From Clostridia bacterium (lineage in GTDB: Bacteria; Bacillota; Clostridia; Christensenellales; UBA1242): a DNA stretch of 64,000 nt. How positions within the stretch are numbered: position 1 is the first letter of the stretch; every line of letters starts with the position of its first letter. Shown here in pieces: positions 58,629-64,000 of this stretch. The notes beneath the pieces are model-generated. The model had not been told where the DNA came from, did no database searches, and was given only the letters and a program-made list of their open reading frames with translations. The position numbers and the translations under genes are program-made. The stretch is taken from NCBI GenBank assembly GCA_900767835.1, contig CAAGAO010000018.1:125-64124 (forward strand), read 5' to 3'.

Positions 58629-58739
58629 AGCCAAACTACACAAGCCAAACAATGTATAGTCAAAAACATATTAACAAATCAAAAATAAAACAACAGAATT
58701 TACCAAAATTTATATTCTTTTTAGTAAAAGGAGCAATTT

Positions 58740-59462
58740 ATGAAATTTATAAACAGATTAAAAAACTTACTTAAAAAAGTATTTACAAAAGATATATTAA
58801 ATAGCACGCAAAATCTTTTGTTATACATTTGTGGCAACGAGGCATTGCCACTTCCACTAGAACCTGAAGAAGAACTTGCCCTTTTAGATGAAGTTGCAAA
58901 TAATAATGAATCGGCAAAACAAAAATTAATTGAGCACAATTTAAGACTTGTTGTATATATTGCCAAAAAGTTTGATAGTTGCGGAATTGAACTTGAAGAC
59001 CTAATTTCTATAGGTGCAATAGGTTTAATTAAAGCAGTGCAAACATACAAATATGACAAAAAAATAAAACTGGCAACCTATGCTTCCCGTTGTATAGAAA
59101 ATGAAATATTGATGCAACTAAGGAAAATGAATAAAATAAAAGCGGAAGTTAGTTTAGACGAACCGTTAAATAGTGATGGTGATGGCAATGAACTTTTACT
59201 AGAAGATGTTTTGTATGATGAAAAACAAATTTTAGGTAAAGACATGGAACGCTCGTCCGAACAGCAAATTTTGTGGGAGATTATAAACAAACTTGGCTCG
59301 CGAGAAAAGGAAATAATGATAATGCGTTTTGGACTTTTAGGCGGGGAAGAAAAGACACAAAAAGAAGTGGCGGACGAACTCGGTATTTCTCAAAGTTACA
59401 TTTCGCGTATAGAAAAGAAGATTTTAGGGAAAATGAAAAAAGATTTAAGAAAGGTTATTTGA
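58740..59462 (+). CDS. sigE: RNA polymerase sporulation sigma factor E (pro-sigma-E)
   Basis: [19 protein letters not shown] pro-sequence junction, then [29 protein letters not shown] and [16 protein letters not shown], close to B. subtilis SigE. AGGAG RBS. Confidence 0.92.
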   Translation: MKFINRLKNLLKKVFTKDILNSTQNLLLYICGNEALPLPLEPEEELALLDEVANNNESAKQKLIEHNLRLVVYIAKKFDSCGIELEDLISIGAIGLIKAVQTYKYDKKIKLATYASRCIENEILMQLRKMNKIKAEVSLDEPLNSDGDGNELLLEDVLYDEKQILGKDMERSSEQQILWEIINKLGSREKEIMIMRFGLLGGEEKTQKEVADELGISQSYISRIEKKILGKMKKDLRKVI

Positions 59463-59589
59463 TTAAGTATCTTACTCAATTATAGTTGCTTGAATTTTGT
59501 AAGTATTATTTTATAATTTTATAAACAAAAAAATAAAAAAATGAATAAAAAAATTTTACTTGTAAAACATATACTTCAAAGGGGAATTT

Positions 59590-60360
59590 ATGGCAGGAAA
59601 AGTTGTTGTATGTGGTGTTGATACAAGTAAGTTACCAAAATTAAAGCAAGAAGAAATGGAAATTTTAATGAAAAGAGTAAAAAACGGAGACGCACTTGCA
59701 AGAGATGAATTCGTTGTCGCAAACTTGCGTCTTGTTTTAAGTGTTGTGCAACGCTTTTATGGTAAAAGAGATAAATCTGATGATATGTTTCAGGTCGGTT
59801 GCGTAGGACTTATGAAAGCAATAGATAATTTCGATACTAATTTAAATGTAAAGTTTTCTACCTATGCAGTGCCAATGATAATCGGCGAAATTAAAAGATA
59901 TTTGAGAGATAATAATGCGATAAGAGTATCAAGAAGTTTAAGAGATATAGCATATAAGGCACTTCAAACGCGAGATAAATATATTAAGCAATATAGCAAA
60001 GAACCAAGCGTGGAAGAGATAGCAAAAATAATTGAACTCCCTAGCAAAGAAGTGGCATTTGCTTTAGATGCTATATGTGATACCGTAAGCCTTAATGAAG
60101 CAGTGTATGAAGATGGTGATGCGGTTAGGATAATGGACCAAATAGCGGACACAAAACATGATGACGATAGTTTAAATGAAATATTATCTTTAAAAAGTGC
60201 CCTTACGAAACTAGACAAACGCGAACGGGAAATATTATTATTGCGTTATTTTATTGGTAAAACACAAATTGAAGTTTCTGACGCTATTGGAATTTCACAA
60301 GCACAGGTATCAAGGTTAGAAAAAAATGCTATAGATTTAATAAGGGAAAATATAAGATAG
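59590..60360 (+). CDS. sigG: RNA polymerase sporulation sigma factor G
   Basis: VCGVDTSKLPKLKQEEM, NLRLVLSVVQRF, FQVGCVGLMKAIDNFD, KFSTYAVPMIIGEIKRYLRDNNAIRVSRSLRDIAYKAL: close to B. subtilis SigG. Confidence 0.92.
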   Translation: MAGKVVVCGVDTSKLPKLKQEEMEILMKRVKNGDALARDEFVVANLRLVLSVVQRFYGKRDKSDDMFQVGCVGLMKAIDNFDTNLNVKFSTYAVPMIIGEIKRYLRDNNAIRVSRSLRDIAYKALQTRDKYIKQYSKEPSVEEIAKIIELPSKEVAFALDAICDTVSLNEAVYEDGDAVRIMDQIADTKHDDDSLNEILSLKSALTKLDKREREILLLRYFIGKTQIEVSDAIGISQAQVSRLEKNAIDLIRENIR

Positions 60361-60388
60361 GACCAAAACTTAGTACAAAAATCAAACT

Positions 60389-60482
60389 ATAGGAAGTAAA
60401 ATTTTGTTATAAAAACAAAATTTTTAAAATTGTGCAAGCACAATTTAGTTTGCAAGTGCAAACACTTCCTATGGTTTTTTTT
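60389..60482 (+). terminator. complex terminator-like element after sigG: closing helix plus three hairpins, then T8
   Basis: Closing helix ATAGGAAGT/ACTTCCTAT (60389-60397/60464-60472). Hairpins 60398-60424, 60427-60446 and 60448-60463 (GTTTGC aagt GCAAAC). T8 at 60475-60482. Confidence 0.55.
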
Positions 60483-60631
60483 GCTCTGCGAGGAAGTTAA
60501 AGTTTTAAATAAAAACAATATATGTATAAGAATGATAAGAACAATCAAAATCTCTATAAAATATATTTTCCCAAACTATTGAATTTTAACAAAAAATGTG
60601 GTTTAATATATCTGTAGTTTAGGAGTAAAAT

Positions 60632-62308
60632 GTGCAAATAAGTAAAGAATTTCAAGACAGAGTAGAAAAAGAGTTTCTCCTTATAGATATTGAAAAGAGA
60701 GAATTTTTTGTTGACCATATTAAAAAAAGTCCAGATGTATATAATCCGCAATACGATTTTGATAATGATGCAATTTTAGAGTTGTTAAAAGGCGATAAAG
60801 ATAAACTAATAAAATTGTTTAATGATAGATATGACCGCATAAAGGTTGGATATATTTATAAGAACGATATGGTTATGGTTGGATCAATAGATAAAGCAAA
60901 ACTTGCAACTAAAATAAACGAATTATATAATGCAGGTGAACTTGAAAATATTTCAGGTGTGGACAATTTAAATAAAATATTAATAGATTTATCAAACCCA
61001 AATAATGCCAATTTTGGCGAAGAATACACAGTTGCTATTGATGATAAAAAATTAACTTTAAAAACTAAAGATATTTTATATTTTTTAACAAATGACCACA
61101 AAAATTACTGCTTTAGAGAAATAACAGAAATAAATGGTATAAATAAAGATGAGTATATTTATTGTTTAAAACAATTTATCATTCATTCACAACTATTAAC
61201 TCGTTATAGATTTTCTAAAGAAAGTTATGAGTTTATGCATAATATTATAGATGAAAAAATAGCAAACACAATACAGTTTAATACTTATAAAAAAATAATT
61301 GATGCTAATCTTTATAGAACAAATATTAATACTGAGTTGGTAGATTACATAAATAAAGATATGCCACAAAACTATACACTTTTGCAAAAGTCAATTTATA
61401 CATATATTAAACTTTGCAAAGTGCTAACATATGACCCGGAATTTTATGCAAATAATCAAAGCGGTATGATTGCAAGAAAGCATAGAGATATAGAGCGCCT
61501 AGAAACTATAACTCCACAATATTCGCAAATAGTTTGCTACGAGTTTACACAAATTTTTGCTAAATTTTTATACGAACTTGGTATTAATTATATCGTTGAT
61601 GGTGGTATGGATTATGGAGATGGGCACGCAAATCTCTCATATAGGGCGGGAGATTATGTGGTTGAGGCAGATTCAGTTACAAGTATTTTAGGTGGAGACC
61701 TTTTCAATGCAAAAGTCAATAATGCATTAATTGGTTTAAAATGCAAAAACAAAAACAAACAATCAATCAATATTTTTAACAATATATGTCAACAAGTATA
61801 TGATGACATTATTGAAAAAGAGGACGTCCAAAATTATGATGAGGTGCTTTTTGACGAATTTTTGGATATGCTAGATGACCTGTGTGAGAAAGAAAAAGTC
61901 AATTTGGAAGATAAAGTAAGAATATTCAAAAAACAAATCAAAGATATAAACTTGCCAGATATTGAAAAATTAACATATATGCTTCGCTTGTCAAAAGCAA
62001 TCTTTGCCGAAGAGATTGATGCAAAACAATTCGAAGCGGTCGTTTTAAGTAAAAAATCAATAGATGATGGCTATAATATAAAAAGTATGCCAACAGTTAT
62101 CTTCTCTTTTAATAAAGAGTCATTTAAAACAGTTCCAAATGAAACCAAATATAAAACATTAGACGAAAATGGTCAATTAATAGATATATCTAAAGAAGCA
62201 ATATTAAAAGGCTTTAATTATGGCTTTTTAAAAAATATAACCAACGGAAGAAGTGATGTATATACTATTCCAGGTATAACAGATGAGGAGATTGCAAATG
62301 TTAAATAA
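60632..62308 (+). CDS. hypothetical cytoplasmic protein with a transglutaminase-like (papain-fold) core
   Basis: GTG start with AGGAG 6 nt upstream. The segment IVCYEFTQIFAKFLYELGINYIVDGG..GHANLSY..YVVEADS shows Cys/His/Asp order and spacing typical of transglutaminase-core domains. No signal peptide. Confidence 0.4.
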   Translation: MQISKEFQDRVEKEFLLIDIEKREFFVDHIKKSPDVYNPQYDFDNDAILELLKGDKDKLIKLFNDRYDRIKVGYIYKNDMVMVGSIDKAKLATKINELYNAGELENISGVDNLNKILIDLSNPNNANFGEEYTVAIDDKKLTLKTKDILYFLTNDHKNYCFREITEINGINKDEYIYCLKQFIIHSQLLTRYRFSKESYEFMHNIIDEKIANTIQFNTYKKIIDANLYRTNINTELVDYINKDMPQNYTLLQKSIYTYIKLCKVLTYDPEFYANNQSGMIARKHRDIERLETITPQYSQIVCYEFTQIFAKFLYELGINYIVDGGMDYGDGHANLSYRAGDYVVEADSVTSILGGDLFNAKVNNALIGLKCKNKNKQSINIFNNICQQVYDDIIEKEDVQNYDEVLFDEFLDMLDDLCEKEKVNLEDKVRIFKKQIKDINLPDIEKLTYMLRLSKAIFAEEIDAKQFEAVVLSKKSIDDGYNIKSMPTVIFSFNKESFKTVPNETKYKTLDENGQLIDISKEAILKGFNYGFLKNITNGRSDVYTIPGITDEEIANVK

Positions 62309-62522
62309 ATTAAGAGAGTTAAATGAAAAACAACTAAAAAAATATGAAAAAGAAGGCGATTTTAAAAATATCACCGCTCAAAAAGTAATTCAACAACTTT
62401 TAAAACCAGATGATTGCTTTTTTAAAATGACCATTGAACAAGCTTACACCATTTTGCGTGAACTAGGTTTTGATAAAAAAGACTACGAAAAAATCTATCT
62501 TGAATTAACTAAACATAATTAA
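62298..62522 (+). CDS. hypothetical small protein (74 aa), translationally coupled
   Basis: ATG 62298 lies 7 nt after GAGGAG and overlaps the upstream stop (62306-62308) by 11 nt. Confidence 0.45.
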   Translation: MLNKLRELNEKQLKKYEKEGDFKNITAQKVIQQLLKPDDCFFKMTIEQAYTILRELGFDKKDYEKIYLELTKHN

Positions 62523-62530
62523 TTTGATAA

Positions 62531-62573
62531 AAATAGCAATTCTTATTAAAAACAAATAGGGTTGCTATTTTTT
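62531..62573 (+). terminator. weak rho-independent terminator candidate
   Basis: AAATAGCAA/TTGCTATTT 9-bp stem with a large 22-nt loop, followed by T6. Confidence 0.35.
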
Positions 62574-62662
62574 CTTGTAGGCGATAAAAATAACTTTGTG
62601 CATATAATAAAATCGCAAATAAAAAATTGACAAATTGTCTTTATAGCATTAAACTATTTAGT

Positions 62663-63103
62663 ATGAAAAATTATGATTTAAGTCAGTATGTTTTAAGGGC
62701 TGGCAATGCTATGATTTTTCCATTAACGCAAGAAGAAGTTGGTATTTTGTGTGGCGGGGAAGATGCATTTTCTAAATATATAAGAATGCCATATTTTGCA
62801 AAGAGTCAAAAGGTGGAAGATTTGCAAAAGTTGGCAAGTGATATAGATATGGAAAACGAGTTTTGGTTTTTAAATACTCTTTGGGTAAGTGTGGATATTA
62901 AAGCAAGGGCAATTATAGGTTATTTAAGGCTAGAGAAGGTTGACCAGTTCAATAAAATAATATTTCAAGTAACTGATGATAAATGCGAGAGCATAACGCG
63001 AGAAGATGTTTTTGAATTATTTTATAAATTTTTAATTGCAAATAATTATTATAATATTGTATATGAAGATATAGATAAAAAGGTGGTGGCAAATGAAGGT
63101 TAG
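62663..63103 (+). CDS. hypothetical protein (146 aa from ATG 62663)
   Basis: ORF open from TTG 62627; ATG 62663 preferred. Its end overlaps the next gene's start (63093) by 11 nt. No confident family assignment. Confidence 0.45.
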   Translation: MKNYDLSQYVLRAGNAMIFPLTQEEVGILCGGEDAFSKYIRMPYFAKSQKVEDLQKLASDIDMENEFWFLNTLWVSVDIKARAIIGYLRLEKVDQFNKIIFQVTDDKCESITREDVFELFYKFLIANNYYNIVYEDIDKKVVANEG

Positions 63104-63953
63104 TTATGATTGGAAAGATTATGTTGTGCTTGCCACTGGTGACGGCGAAAAGTTGGAGTCTTGGGGGAATGTGAAACTTTTGCGCCCAGACCCACAAGTA
63201 ATTTGGCACGCAAAAAGAAATTTAAGCAAAGAGCCAAATTTGAATGCACATTACATTCGTGAAAGCACAGGTGGCGGACATTGGGACACTTTAAAAGCAA
63301 TGCCACAAGAGTGGAAAATATCATATAACAATTTAACCTTTTTAATTAAACCAATGGGTTTTAAGCACACAGGGCTTTTCCCAGAACAAGCGGTTAATTG
63401 GGATTATATGATAGATTTAATCAAAAGAGCAAATCGTCCAATAAAAGTGCTTAATCTTTTTGGATATACTGGCGGGGCAACCGTAGCTTGCACCTATGCA
63501 GGGGCTGAAGTGACTCACGTTGATGCATCAAAAGGTATGGTTGATAGATGCAAGCAAAACATAAAGTTGTCTAAGTTGGAAGATAAACCTATTAGATATA
63601 TTGTAGATGATTGTGCAAAGTTTGTTGAGCGTGAAATCCGCAGGGGCAAAACCTATGATGCAATCATAATGGACCCACCAAGTTACGGTAGAGGTCCTAG
63701 CGGGGAAATGTGGAAAATAGAAAATAATCTATATGATTTTGTAAGTTTGTGTAAAAAAGTGCTATCAAACAAACCTTTGTTTGTACTTATAAATTCATAT
63801 ACCACAGGTTTGCAACCTATGGTGCTTGCAAACATATTAAACGATATTTTTGATGGCGGAAAAACAGATGCCTACGAAATAGGAATTGCAACGCAAGAAA
63901 AAAATATAATACTTCCTTGCGGTGCAAGTGGAATAAAAGTTTGGGAGGAGTAA
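63093..63953 (+). CDS. class I SAM-dependent methyltransferase (RlmI/YwbD-like catalytic domain)
   Basis: LNLFGYTGGATVACTYAGA (SAM-binding motif I), THVDASK and IIMDPPSYGRG (DPPxF/Y motif IV). Confidence 0.7.
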   Translation: MKVSYDWKDYVVLATGDGEKLESWGNVKLLRPDPQVIWHAKRNLSKEPNLNAHYIRESTGGGHWDTLKAMPQEWKISYNNLTFLIKPMGFKHTGLFPEQAVNWDYMIDLIKRANRPIKVLNLFGYTGGATVACTYAGAEVTHVDASKGMVDRCKQNIKLSKLEDKPIRYIVDDCAKFVEREIRRGKTYDAIIMDPPSYGRGPSGEMWKIENNLYDFVSLCKKVLSNKPLFVLINSYTTGLQPMVLANILNDIFDGGKTDAYEIGIATQEKNIILPCGASGIKVWEE

Positions 63954-64000
63954 ATGGAAAACTTAAACATTTTATATGAAGATAACCATATTATTGTTGT
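63954..64000 (+). CDS. RluA-family pseudouridine synthase, 5' fragment truncated by the window end
   Basis: MENLNILYEDNHIIVV matches the ILYEDxxhhVVxKP N-terminus of RluD/RluA-type enzymes. GGAGG RBS. Only 15 codons are visible. Confidence 0.4.
   Translation, partial: MENLNILYEDNHIIV

Noticed and set aside
59543-59573. Sigma-F/G-type promoter upstream of sigG (GAATA … CATATA)
   Set aside because: The spacer is 20 nt, too long for the known forespore promoter geometry (about 17-18 nt). The match is weak and the background is AT-rich.
1-64000. Search for rRNA/tRNA genes, CRISPR arrays, transposases, integrases, prophage or known defence-system genes, and for alternative genetic code use
   Set aside because: I found no cloverleaf with tRNA dimensions and no regularly spaced direct repeats. 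There are no DDE, tyrosine or serine recombinase motifs, and no nuclease/ATPase defence-like gene pairs. Long conserved genes such as mfd and murC read through with the standard code.

Overview
AT-rich (about 30% G+C by eye), standard-code, gene-dense chromosomal segment from an endospore-forming Firmicute, probably Clostridia-like. Sporulation genes present: spmA/spmB, spoVG and spoIIGA-sigE-sigG. Housekeeping genes lie in Bacillus-like local order: dnaB-like/dnaI; glmU-like, pth, mfd, prsA-like; rplI, yycJ-like MBL hydrolase, htrA-like protease; murC, rpmE, acpP. I recognised no rRNA, tRNA, CRISPR array, transposase or integrase. The most unusual content is a tandem pair of giant lipoprotein genes (20148-39050, 6300 aa; 39256-49026, 3256 aa), together about 45% of the window. 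Both are built from Ig-like repeat arrays and multiple GLUG-motif beta-helix-like modules, with no recognisable catalytic or classical wall-anchor motif. Other points worth follow-up: (i) a G9 tract inside the spacer of a perfect TTGACA/TATAAT promoter upstream of a DUF285/BspA-type 26-residue-repeat surface protein, a phase-variation candidate; (ii) three intergenic elements sharing one fold (closing helix plus three hairpins) next to spmB, between spoIIGA and sigE, and after sigG; (iii) a 350-nt ORF-less structured region after rpmE; (iv) a truncated, apparently degenerate GlmU homolog that may be leaderless; (v) an uncharacterised gene trio after sigG with a transglutaminase-like core. All family calls come from motif recognition by eye. 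No database search or folding program was available, so promoter, terminator and structure calls are manual base-pair counts.
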